The notes beneath the pieces are model-generated. The model saw only the letters and a list, made by a program, of their open reading frames with translations. It ran no database searches and was not told the DNA's origin. DNA of 64,000 nt from Amoebophrya sp. A120 (lineage: Eukaryota; Protista; Dinoflagellata). Numbering within the stretch: position 1 is the stretch's first letter; each line of letters begins with the position of its first letter. This document shows positions 39,801 through 51,800 of the stretch, piece by piece. Location: positions 6,877,612 to 6,941,611 of the forward strand of contig CAJINV010000003.1 in the NCBI GenBank assembly GCA_905178155.1, given 5' to 3'. A program made the position numbers and the translations under genes.

Positions 39801-42800
39801 CTTCCGGTCCGTGATTTTCCCGGCATCGACGATCCGCGAGAAGCCGGCGCTGTCGTGCGTGGCCCGCTGGTATCATGTTCACTTTCGTTCTTCTACTTCT
39901 ATTCGCAACCCAAATCGTCCCGCCCTCATCGTCGTCCCCGGTAGTTTGTCGAACACGACGGGAGGTCGAGCTAGTAGCTGATGACTCGCGTAGAAGTTCT
40001 TGATTCGCGTTCTGCAGCTCGTGATCCTTGTGCGAGGCAGAAGGGATTTGATGTGGACCAAATAGGAGTAGCTCTTCGCACTCGAAAGTTTCCCTTTCGC
40101 GACGAGCAGTGTTGAGGTGGGTACGGAAAGCACTGGAACTGCTCCGCACAACTGGTGTCGTGGACTTGTCGGCAGCGGCGCTACGAAGCCGAACCGCTCC
40201 AGAATCCGAGAACCCGCGGGCGGTTGTCCTACTCCTACTTGCCCCCGCCGGGCGGGTTGCCGTCGTGCTGTGAATTATATGCTCTTCGACTTGATGATCG
40301 TGCGCGGTGCCGCTGCCGATCGGGAACTCGGTCGCGGAAGTGCCAAGCAGTTGCCGGCTATCAAATGTAAATATGTCTGGGTCTGGGATGAAACTTGTGA
40401 TGGGGAAACGCGAATGACATACAATGACTGGAACAGTTGTGCTGGTCGCAGCCAAGCACGACGCGCTTCATCTACAGCGTCCTGGCACGGTGCGCATGCC
40501 TCGCGCGCATTTTTACAAATTGCGTTGTTGAAAAATGTAGATGGCATACAGAAGCTGCGGTTTATTCATGTCCGTCATGCAATTTTATTTGATCTACAAC
40601 CCAGGAGTGCCCTGACAGGTCGAGGTCCCACCTTTCCAGACCCAGACATATTTGCAGTGGATAGCGGCTCCTTGTGGACGATTGCACCTCACGCACCAGG
40701 ACGCAGCATCCATTTTTGCCCTGGTACCAGACCAGGGACCGATGCGGCACGGCGCAGTCTGCAGCGGTAACAGGGACGATTTCTCCAGTATCTGTGACGC
40801 GGTTCGTATCGCAGTAAGCATCGGACTTCCACACGTACCGCAGTCCGCCGTTCTCCGCCGCCGGACCGCCAATCAGCGTTGTCTGGCATAGCTCCGAAGA
40901 TCCATTCGCCACATCGGAGCAGCGTTTCAGCGGGAAGCCATTGTCAGCGTCTGCCTCGAGTTCGACGGGCGTCCACATCAGGGGTCTGATGAAGGAGCGC
41001 TTCTTTGGACCGCCGTCTTCGCCCCCGGTGGCGCAGCTACCCGTGCAGCAGCCACCCGAATATATGCTTCCGTCTATTCGATAATCGTACGCCTCTTTCA
41101 AATTGTAATTTGATTTGAACCACTTGCTATCGCACAGAAAAACCTCCCTCGGACCACCTTTACAAAAAGGCTTGGAGTTGTATATTTGTCACTACGACTC
41201 CTGCACTTATACTGATTATGTATTATTTCCCGTCACCGAAGTGCATTTGCCTACTTTTCAGCACTATCTAAACCTAAAGGTAGACTTAATAAACTTGTAA
41301 GTACATGATGATGATCATACGTAAAGTGGGATTGAGAGACAGAGCTCCGTCTACTTTTATTTTAGTTACGTAATTTTGTTCGGTGCGTTCCTTCCATCTG
41401 GTATCCACAACCCGAGCGGCCCGATGTACCGCGCCGATGGGGCTGGGTAAGGCGTACTGGGCCTCACTACCCTCCTAGAGGCCCAGCACGCCTCCCCACC
41501 ACCTTGCCATAAGGGCAAGACTCCTCAGAACCCCACCACCGGTGGTTGATGTAATATTAGATCCTATCCTCTAAGATAGTCATACTATACACTGCAGTTT
41601 CTGTTTCACAGAGAGGAGCAGAGACAACTTGTTTCTGAGCGATAGCAGCAGTCGCTTGTCCAATCCATGTCAGCATCTTGGTTGTTCAAGCTATTCGTTT
41701 CGATCATGACGCAGCCCGGTTGGTTGTCGCAAATTCTTTCGCATTGACGCTGCGTTTTTGCTCCCATGGGGTTCATCGAAGTTCGTGCGTGTGACATGCC
41801 GAGCTCGAGCCGCGGACATCCACCAGGCCCGACAAGGCGTTTATGGGAGTGTCAGGAGCGAAATCGACAAAGTTGAATTAAGTTGCAATGCTAAACCGAC
41901 CGAAACCACAAACGCAACCGATACGGGACCTTTTCGCATGGTGACAAATACAGTATAAAACCGCGGACCAGTAGTTTTGCTTTTGCCCGCAAATTCAAGC
42001 CGGCGCATGCAAAATTTTGGCAGCACCGAAATCCAGCCTGATATGCTGTTTGGGAAAAGCAGACTCCTTCTGTTATGCTAGTTTACAAGCTCTTGGTCTT
42101 GCTTTGCTATCTCTGCCCTCTAAGCAGGCTTACCATCGACCACGACCGCAATTGCCAACCCTGCAAGACAGGCACTTCGCGTCTCAAGTTGTAGTACACA
42201 CCAGTATTTCATATTTATATAACCTCTGACGATTTCAATCCTGACACTTTCATAATATTGAATTTTGTCTTTCGTGATGTCATTGAAATCTGAAACCGAG
42301 GTGTCTCCAGCCGCGTCTAGCACTGGGGCGGGAAGCTCGACACAGCGGTGGACCGCAAACAGGTCTGCTTGACAAACGGCATTCGGCGATGCGCAGCAGG
42401 TTTCCCGAGTATTTACCAGCGCCTCACCATTGCCGTCCGTATGTTCCGTCGACCCGCACCTTTCCCCCGTTTGGGCGCAAACCTGGTCTCGCGGCCGCTT
42501 CAAGAAACAATTATTTCTTGCGACAGGAATAGTGCCTCTCAGTTTCATTCCTGCGGGGCGAGTGTTTGTCGCTTTGTAGTACACTAGTCTCCCGATATGC
42601 TCATCCAAGGTCTCGTATCCCATGCAGTACTTGCCAGCGGTCTCTGTGGTCGCAGCGTGGAGGCATTGCTTCTCAAGTTCCGCCGAGGACGACGAGCCGT
42701 CTTCGGTACTGCCAGCTGCAAGCGTGTACTCTACCCATTGCGAAAAGTCGTATTCTTGCCACCTGACAAGTTTCTCGCTGTTCACCCGCGCCTGGCACTT

Positions 42801-45800
42801 TTTTTGCACAGTCTTCCCGAAAGTGTCGTCTTCGTTGCGCTGCCAACATGCCCAACGCTCCGTATCGGGGGAGACGGCTGCGTTGTCAAAACTCAGTTCC
42901 GTGAGCATCCCGGGGGAACCGGTCTTCCCGTAGATCACTTCTCCAACGCGGTGCAAGCGAAAGCGGGTAGCGCGCGGGTCCGTAGCCCTGGGGTCGCTAT
43001 CATCTTTAAACCTCCACCACTCGTCGGTCTCCACCTATGGGGGTGTCAGGATCGAAATCGTCAAAGTTGAAATAATCTGTAATGCAAAAAAGCGATACCA
43101 GCTGGAGCCCAGTTTGCAAGTGGCGCATGACAAATTTTGGCAGCATGGAAATCCAATTTGTCATGCTGTTTGTGCAGAGAAGACTGCTTTTGTCATGCTA
43201 TTTGAGCACCTCTACCTCACACCCCAAGCAGGATTATAATCGGCCTCAGTTGCCTGCTCTGCAAGACAGGCACTTTGCGTCTAACATTTTACGCAACATC
43301 ACAAACTATTTCAACTTTGACGATTTCAGTTCTGACGCTTCCATACCACCACAAACCCGAGACACTTTGCATCGGACGCGCACATATCCACTGCAAAAGT
43401 ATCGCACTCGTGGCAATTGCATTTATGCATTACAAATTTCTTTCTCAAGGCAAATCAGCATTACAAATTTAATTTGTAATGTTGGGCTACTTTGTAATGC
43501 AATTAATATTATATAAGACAAAGACGAAGCGGGGGCGGTCGCGGTCAAACGCGGGTCGGGTAAACGCGGGGGGGGCGGTCAAACGCGGGGCGCCCAAACG
43601 GACGCGGTCGCGCCCCGGCAAAATCGCGGTCGTACCCCGGCAGAAACGCGGTCGCGCCCCCAAAAAAACGCCGGACGCCCCCCCAAAACGCGGTCGCGGT
43701 AAAACGCGGGGGCGGTCCCCAGAGGGGCGCTTCGCGGTCGCGCTAATCCCGCCGCGGTCGCGGTTTTGCAATCTTGGCCAAGGCCGGTCGAGGCGGGGGC
43801 GCGGCGCGTTTGGCCGCGATTTGGGGGGGGCGCGACCGCGATTTCGGCGGCGCGTTTGACCGCGATCGACCGCCAAGAAAAGGGCTGAATCGCGGGGCGG
43901 TCAAAGGCGCCGCGGCCAATCCCGGGGCGGTTCAAGGCGCCGCGGCCCATCCCGGCGCGGTCAAAGGCGCTGCGGCCCATCCCGGGGCGGCTCAAGGCGC
44001 CGCGGTCCATCCCGGCGCGGTCAAAGGCGCCGCGGCCAATCCCGGGGCGGCTCAAGGCGCCGCGGTCCATCCCGGCGCGGTCAAAGGCGCCGCGGCCAAT
44101 CCCGGGGCGGCTCAAGGCGCCGCGGTCCATCCCGGCGCGGTCAAAGGCGCCGCGGCCAATCCCGGGGCGGCTCAAGGCGCCGCGGTCCATCCCGGCGCGG
44201 TCAAAGGCGCCGCGGCCAATCCCGGGGCGGCTCAAGGCGCCGCGGTCCATCCCGGCGCGGCGCGTCCCGGGGCGGTCAAAGGCTCCGCGGTTCAGCCCGG
44301 TGCGGTCAGAGACGCCGCGGCGAAACCCGGGCGGCAGCGGAAAAAGGCACGCTGCGCTGTAATGCAAAACGGCCAAAGGTGGCACCACCGCGGCAATCCA
44401 TTGGAAAAGGAGCAGGAAATAGACGCAACCATGGTGAGTGTCGGCGCCGCAACGCCATCGCACAGGCGCTCGCCCTCGATGCATCCCCGTACCTTCCACG
44501 AGAACCTGTTCTGCCCATTTCTGCGTCGCGCTTCCAGTTTTTCTTCTTCCCACCGGCTGACTAGCCGCGCCGGAGGCGCGCACTTTTTGCAGTCCCTTTG
44601 CACAAACCGACTTTGAGCCGTTCTTTCCTACACCGACGAAAGGGAAAGGCGGCTCTCTTTTTTGCACGACCTGCGTTTCTTTTCCGACGTCTTTCTTTCT
44701 GTTCCACGACTTGCTCACCGAACGAGCGCCCTCTACGATTCTGCTGTTTTTGCAGTTAGCGCTGCGACTTTGCTCTGCACGCTCACCGGCTTCTTGCCTT
44801 TTCACATGCTCAGCTTTCAGGCGTACACGTACCGAGGCGGCAGCTTTTGCTGTTTCTCTATCGCGCCTTTCATCTATGCTTTCAACTTTTCCGCGCGTTC
44901 CGCCTCGCGCGTACACACTTCAAACTTTCCTCGGTTACCACAAGTACCCGCTCTTTCTTTTCGCCCCCCCTCATCGAACTTTCCCTCCCCGCACCCCCTC
45001 CCCGCTTCGTCTCTTCTTGGATCACAGTGCCACGCCTAGTTTATACTAGTGCGATGCTTTTGCAGTTCATAGCACAGCCGGTGGGCGACCGCGAAACCGC
45101 CAACGCCATGCAAAGAAGCGGCATGCTCGACGGTTTCGTTCGCCGGGACAACTCTGGTAACGTGCACCCCTAAAACCGGAAGGGGGTGCCCCGAGGCCGC
45201 TTGACAAAAACGGTCGCCCCATTTGGCCGGACTGATGATCCAGCTTCCGAGGTCCGCGAGAGAGCCCGGCACCGGAGTCGTGGTCGTGGTCACTAACTGC
45301 ACGCAGTGGTGCCCGACTTCACGGTTGACCTGGTTAAATAAATGCAGACTCGAGTCGAGGAAAGTCCGTAAGACTCGCCCGCCAGCTTCCGAGTCTACCA
45401 CGTACAACAGCCCATTTACAGCCGTGAGACGCCGGAAGTTACTGCCGGAGGACTCCTGGATAATATTCACGTACGGCACCTTGTGCTCTGCGGGTCCGGT
45501 ACACGACCGATCGCTTGCCCCACCGCTACTGGCCGACCCTAGGGACCGCCGCAGTAGCCGGCGTCGTCCACCCTGAGGCGTCACAACGGGCACCCCGGCG
45601 CTCCGCGGAGGCCGCCACTCCGCTGCGAGGAGAAGATCCTCAAGGGCGTAAGCTTGTAGGGCAGTGGAAAACAGCACAAATAAAGTTTGGCCGTCGTCGG
45701 TCACAAAAAAGTCCTGGGGCCGCTCGGGCTGCGGGTAGAGGGCGCCTGTGGCTGTGCTGGCGGCGGAAGAAAATGCAAACGCGGGGTGCGTTCCATCTTC

Positions 45801-48800
45801 GTACAGCTCCTCGAAAAGCCTGACAGACCAGTGCCCCACCTCGTTGCTCGGCAGCTGGTGGGCGCCTCCCGTAGGTGCCCGCAACCGTTCCGACACGAGG
45901 GCCTTTAGATCATACACACTGAAACCCCCACTGCCATGAAGTACGAACAAACTGGTGCGGGACTGCCGAATCCGGAGCAGGGTATCCGCATGTGTAGCAC
46001 TCCAGCTGATTTCGTTCGCACCACCAGGAAAATCGTACAATTGAAGCCGGTCGGGTTGGAAGTTCACTGGCGACCGGGCTCCCGAGAGCAGGACACTCGC
46101 CGCGGCTGTGTGAAAATTGTACTCGTATACTTTTTCAATGCAGCGCGACGTGGGCGGGTTTCCGTTTGGATTGTATTCCACATGTGAGAGGCTCCAGTGC
46201 TTGACGCACCTGCTCCCCTCATCCTCTCTGTCTGGAGCCCAGAGGAATGCGACACACGCAACGTCGCTCGCACACTTGTCTCTGCAGGTTTCCAAGGTTT
46301 CCGCATCGACTCCAACATCTTCTTTGAGGTTGTCGTCATCGCTAGGTCTACAATAGTGAAGTTCAGGATGATCTATCCACCGGATGCCTGTGTGGTGAAC
46401 TTTTGCGCCGCACCGGCTGCTGGAGCGTGGTTCCGTGTGTGAAAACTGCGAGTGGATCTCACACTTTGTACTACCTGACAGTTGGATCTCGTACGCAACA
46501 CATGTCGGATTCTGCAGGCATTTGTTTTTGCATGCCTCGACATCAAGCGCTTCGAAGTCAGTCTTGTTATGTCGTCCATTCGCGGCGTCTCTAAAACGGC
46601 AAGCTGCGTTTACGCGTTCCTCAAACTCAAAGTTGGCCTTCCCGGCGGCAAAGTTGGAAGGTGCCACGTAGACGCAGCACCCGTTCTTGCCCGAGTCAAA
46701 CTGCAACGAGCGATGAGGGGCCGTGCAATCGGTTAAGGAAAAGGGAGCAATGTCACAGTACGCGTCGGCTTTCCACGCGTACCGCGTTTCATCGTTGTCG
46801 CCGGGCGTCGTCCCAAGCAGAGTTTGCTGGCACTGCCTGCCGGTAGCTCCATCCTGAGCCAGTATCCAGTACAAATGTGTCTGGGTCTGCAGTGACACAA
46901 CTTGTGATGCCATCTTTGGACTCTATCTCTGCACAAAATCTGTATTGAATGAACAGCAAAAGCGGTCTTTTTTTCGCTACGCGAAAGGCAGTTCTCACGC
47001 GGTTTGAGCATCAGAAAGCCGATGCCGAAGTCCTCACAGAATCTGTGATGCTACTGGGGCATGCATCACAGACATCACGGGTCTTCGAAAATAAGAATAT
47101 GCATCACAAACCTCGCACTCTTCCAGACACAGACATATTTGCAATGAATAGCCAGGAAGGAGCTACATCGCTGCATTCGTACTCCTCGAGACGTCCGGGC
47201 ACTCGTTCCGGGCATCCACATGATGGGTTTCGCGAAAGCACGACGCTGTGTATTCGCAGCCACGGCCACCGGGTTACGGATATAAACATCCGTGCGCCAG
47301 TCGTGAGCGACTTTGCGGTCAGCTTGGTCCTCGTGTCGTCGAAAAAGGCAGCACACCGAATCGAAGAGCCCGAACCGTGCTTTTTCGATGAAATAGCAGC
47401 TCTCGTCGCTGTCGCAGCGCTCTTCACAGGCTCGGTAGCCTCTGTGCTCACAATCCCGCCCCATTAGGTCCGATCCGTCTCCATCTAGATCCTCGATGCC
47501 TCGCACGAAGCCCCCCACCCCGATCGCCAAATACTCCACGACACCTTTCGAAGCGTCTAAATTCTCCTGATACTCTTGGCGAACCCCGAACTGAGGCACT
47601 TTTCCGTTTTTGCTGGAAGAGTCGTCGATGCCAGTGCTTGCTGTACCCAGGGGTGTTGCCATTGGCAACAGGGAACATCTGTGCTCCCCCAAGTCGTTCT
47701 TCTGGCAGACGGCGCCCTCCGGTATGCAACAGGGTTCGTCGGTTTTTCGCTCGAGCATCCACGTACCGCAAGGGTCGTTAAACGCACGCGCGCACACGTC
47801 TCTTCGATTCACTTTGCGGTGACACTCGAAATCCCGCTCGCCTTCTGCGACAGCGTCGTCCGAGGGTTCGGGGTCCTGTAAACTTCGAAGCGGGTTTGCT
47901 GTGGTGCGGAGCGGGTCGGTCGCGGCCCCTGCAATCACACTGTACAGGTACTCCATGTGGAGCCAGTACTCGCCGGTGGCTGGATTCATGCGGAAGCCTA
48001 GACAGTACACCTCGCGCATACATTCCCGATGCGCCGCTGCGAACCCGCCGGTGCCCGCTAGGGGGCGGTCACGAGCAAAAGTGTTGCTTCGTGTGAAGAT
48101 CGACGTGGTCGTAGTAGTAGTGTTCCTTCTACCACTTCCAGTTGCAGGGTTTGTTGAAGACGCTCCGCGCCACGGCAACGAAGCCAGGTGGACGCGCGCC
48201 GCAGCTTCGTCGGCCAGGGCGGCATCAGCTCCTGCTGCTGGTATTCCAGCACGTGAGCGCGTCCGGGGCGGGATCGCGCCGTAGAGGGGCAGCCCGTCCT
48301 GGTCCCGGCAGTAACCGCGCGGGCTCCGAAGACTGATAATTCTGTCTCTCTGCACCCGGTGGGGGACAGTCGGACGAAACGCCAATACGCGGGTGTGGTC
48401 GGCCACGGCCGTCCACGCTGCAGGGCAGCGAAGAATCTCGCCAAACGTCCAGTTATGCTTGTCGTCGCCGGTTTTTTGTTTCCACCCGGTGTCCTCCCGA
48501 TGCGCTCTTTTCGGGTTGCACTTTTTCTCCGCCGCATTGTATCGAAAGGCAACGCATCCTAGGTTGCGGTAGCTATGACACAAAATTGCGCACGCGTCGA
48601 AGCTCGGGACATTTTCAATCACCGCAATTCCATCGACGCTCAAGTCCGCGCCCTTCGCTTTGATGCCACTCATTTCGCCGCAATGCAAGGAGACTCGGTC
48701 TTCGAACTGCAAAACGTCTGATGGCCGCGACGCCAGCGCAGTGGACGATAGTTTTCCCGAATGTGTTTCCCTCGCCTCATCTACGGAGACTACTCGGTCC

Positions 48801-51800
48801 CGCGCTTCGTGGATCAACCGCAGTCCCGTCATCCACTCCAGCTTAGCCCGAGTGTCGTACTTCGGAGCGGCTTGGTCGAGGCTTCCCCTGTCGAAGCTGC
48901 CCCTGGAAAGAAGCAGCATCTCGGGTTGCCGCGCGCTGGAGAAAGTTGATGCAAGGGAGAGTCCCGCGGGGGCTCCACTAGACGCAGTTTCATTGCCGAT
49001 TACCTGCTCCACTCGGATGAGAGGCTCGCAGGAAAGACCGCCGAAGACAGGGTCCCGATAGGCGACGTGGGTGTCGGCGTTACACAGACATCGATACAAC
49101 AATGCTGAGCTGCGTCTTCTCGTGCGGTTGCTGGCCTCCCCGGTGGACGACGACGACGTCCACTCAGATGAATTGAGCAGTGGTCCACCTCGTTCTTCAT
49201 CTGGTGGTAGGGACGCAACAAGTGGCGGGAGGCATACACCTCCGGGTCCGCATGGATTCTCCACGCACGCTTCGTGGATGCAGGTCTCTCGAAAGTTTCT
49301 GTTGAGCCCTCTCGTCCAGCCGGGTCCGCACGAACATTGGTAGGCGGCACCGTCGTGCTCGCGATCGAGCTGAGCTCCGGCAGCGTCTGCGGGATCTGCA
49401 TGCTCCCACGACAGGTGAGAAGTCTTCTCCGCTTTCACCCGTTCAAAAAAGTATCTGCCCGCCCGTGGCTCCTGGTTCTTGATGTGCTGGAACAAGCTCG
49501 CATTCGTGATGTTCGAGTAGTTCACGTGGTTCGCCCAGCCCCATCCGCCTGCCGCGGCGCCAGCCGATGTGTTTGCGTGTTGCAGCAACGGGACGCAGTG
49601 ATTGTCGGGAAAGGGCAGTCCAAACACATCCGGGTGGTACTCAGCACAAGGAAGGTCGGCACACGCATCGGACAAAAAGCCCTCTGCGACACGGGAAATG
49701 GGGCCGGCGTTTGCGCCGACCTGGGCAAGGCCACCGTTCACCAGGAGCAGCAGAGCGCCTCGCGCATCAAACAACGCCCCGGTGACCCCCCGAAGCGCGG
49801 CCGCATTGTGCCCACTTTCGAGTAAAATCGTGCGGTGGGATCCGCGAGGATCCTGTGGCGTGTCGGTCGTTTGGTTGACGTGAGGACGAGAAGTAGTGAT
49901 GTTGCCACGAAGATGGAGATCATAGTAATCGCCGGGTGTGTAGCGTGCGAGGAAAGTGGAGAGCACGTTCGGGGCCTCGGTTGCGCCGTTCTCGACGCGC
50001 TCCAACGTGAACGCTACGCCATTCCTGCAGGAGACCGATTCAATGCTGGTAGCACCACCTGTTACGTTGGAACTGGTACTACCATTGACACTGTTGCTGT
50101 CCCGCCCCAGTGGAACAGCGGTCATAACGATTTCGCTGGAGGACGACATGAACTGGTTGCCGTCCCGATCGTAGTCAACCAAAGCGTACAAACGGTGGTC
50201 GACCGCCGGATGAAGTTGTTCTTGAGAGAAGGACGAGCTATTGCTGCCTGTCGTATTTGCAGAGCTAGTATTCGTGTTGTTCCAACCCACCATGGACTGA
50301 TTCGCGGTTGCGTTGTAGTATTGATGCACGGATTATGGATTGCAAAAGTGTCTGGGTCTGGAAGATTGCAACTCGTCATGCTGTTTTTGGACTCTAAAAA
50401 AATTTGCATTGCAGTTGCATGACCAGCAAGAGGGATCCGGTTTGTGCTACACGGGCAGGGCATTTCTCATGCGGAAGGTGCATCAGGAAGCCCTCTAAAA
50501 CTAAAAGAAAAAGTCTAGTCTGCGATGCTAGGTCATGCATTACAGGCATTATGGGTCGTGAGAAATATGCATGGCAAATCTTACACTCTTCCAGACCCAG
50601 ACATATTTGCAGTTGATACGGATGAAGATGAAGACTCGTTCACAGCGACGCCCATCGCTAACCCCACGACGATGAGAGCTCCCCTGTCGCCTCGCTCAGC
50701 AGCAGTGGAGGATGCGCAGTACCTTGGCGACGGCACGACGAGGTCGCCGTGCTCGGTTACTGCTGTGACCCATTGCGCCACTCCACCGCCGGGAAAAGGA
50801 ACGCGGAACAGCCGCGACGCATCACTGCACCATGCGTACAGCCACCGCCCAACGACGACAACTGACTCAGGTCCGGAACTGCAGAAAGAGGGCGTGCTCG
50901 AGCTCTGCAAGATGCGGGGGCGTGGCTCGCCGTCTTTCTGGCGCTCTGCATCTGCTAGCACCAAGAGCGCGCGTTGAGATTTCCTGAACGAGTAGTCGTC
51001 CGGAAACGATATGGGGACTGTGCCTCGGTCCTCCGCGAGGGGAAACGCCTCCGACACAACGTCCTCCTCTGTGAACTCGGTATCGTCCACGTAGAACCAA
51101 GAAACTTGCCAGTCCACTGTGGTCTGAGTGATTTTCGTCTCGGCCACTCCATCCGCAATTTCAAGGAATTCTATGTGGTGAGTGGTGACAACAAGGACCT
51201 CACGCTCATTGTACGTGCTGAATGCCACACTGCTGACTCTCTCGAGGAGCGACGGCAGCACCATCGCTGCCGGACCGGCGCGCCTCCGGAGGCGCGTCGC
51301 GGGGGCAGCATACATCGCACGGGAACCAACCAGATTGTCGTAACCGAGTCGGTGACGCAGTAGCCGTGAAGGGTGCAGGTGCTGCAAAGCGGGGGCGTAC
51401 CGCTCATCTCGAAGCGCGTCAAGATTGCTTTCCCGGCCCTCCACGAGGTACAAAAAGGCGCCAGACGGCGATACCGCAATGGACTGCCTCCCGAGCAAGG
51501 TGGGCCACTCGAGCCGATTGGACGATGCAACCTCGTAGGGCATAGATGCGGCGGGAAGCACGGGGTGGGAAAGGAAGGAAAAGGCGTCGCCGTCAGCAAG
51601 AACGGGGACAAGGTCCGTGCAAGAGGACGAGGAAAACTGCAGCGATCCTCGACCGGGTCCCAGAGACACGCAATAGGTGCCCAATGGTTCGTCCGCAAGA
51701 TGAGAGAACAACAACGAATCTTCGCTGTCCGCGCACGTCGCGCTGGGTACAAAGAAGCGCACGGGCAGCTCCTCGTCGGCACCGGAGCTGCACCGCTCCG

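Larger units (their letters stand above)
43385..45071. mobile_element. TIR intron element, family B, split by a 1.54-kb nested insertion
   Basis: tatccactgcaaaagtatcgcact...agtgcgatgcttttgcagttcata; DR gcaca/gcaca; join gives HRLC|ASDAKC. Confidence 0.9.

Noticed and set aside
41606-41608. Stop codon as a boundary splitting the giant gene in two
   Set aside because: It lies inside element 41128-41644, and the spliced join matches the internal paralog
43891-44260. Possible CRISPR array
   Set aside because: Contiguous tandem units with no unique spacers, no cas genes, and a eukaryotic context
43579-44916. Repetitive ORFs 43579-44916 (-) and 43774-44616 (+)
   Set aside because: They are translations of a 30-bp GC-rich minisatellite inside an intron-nested element, open on both strands because stops are absent
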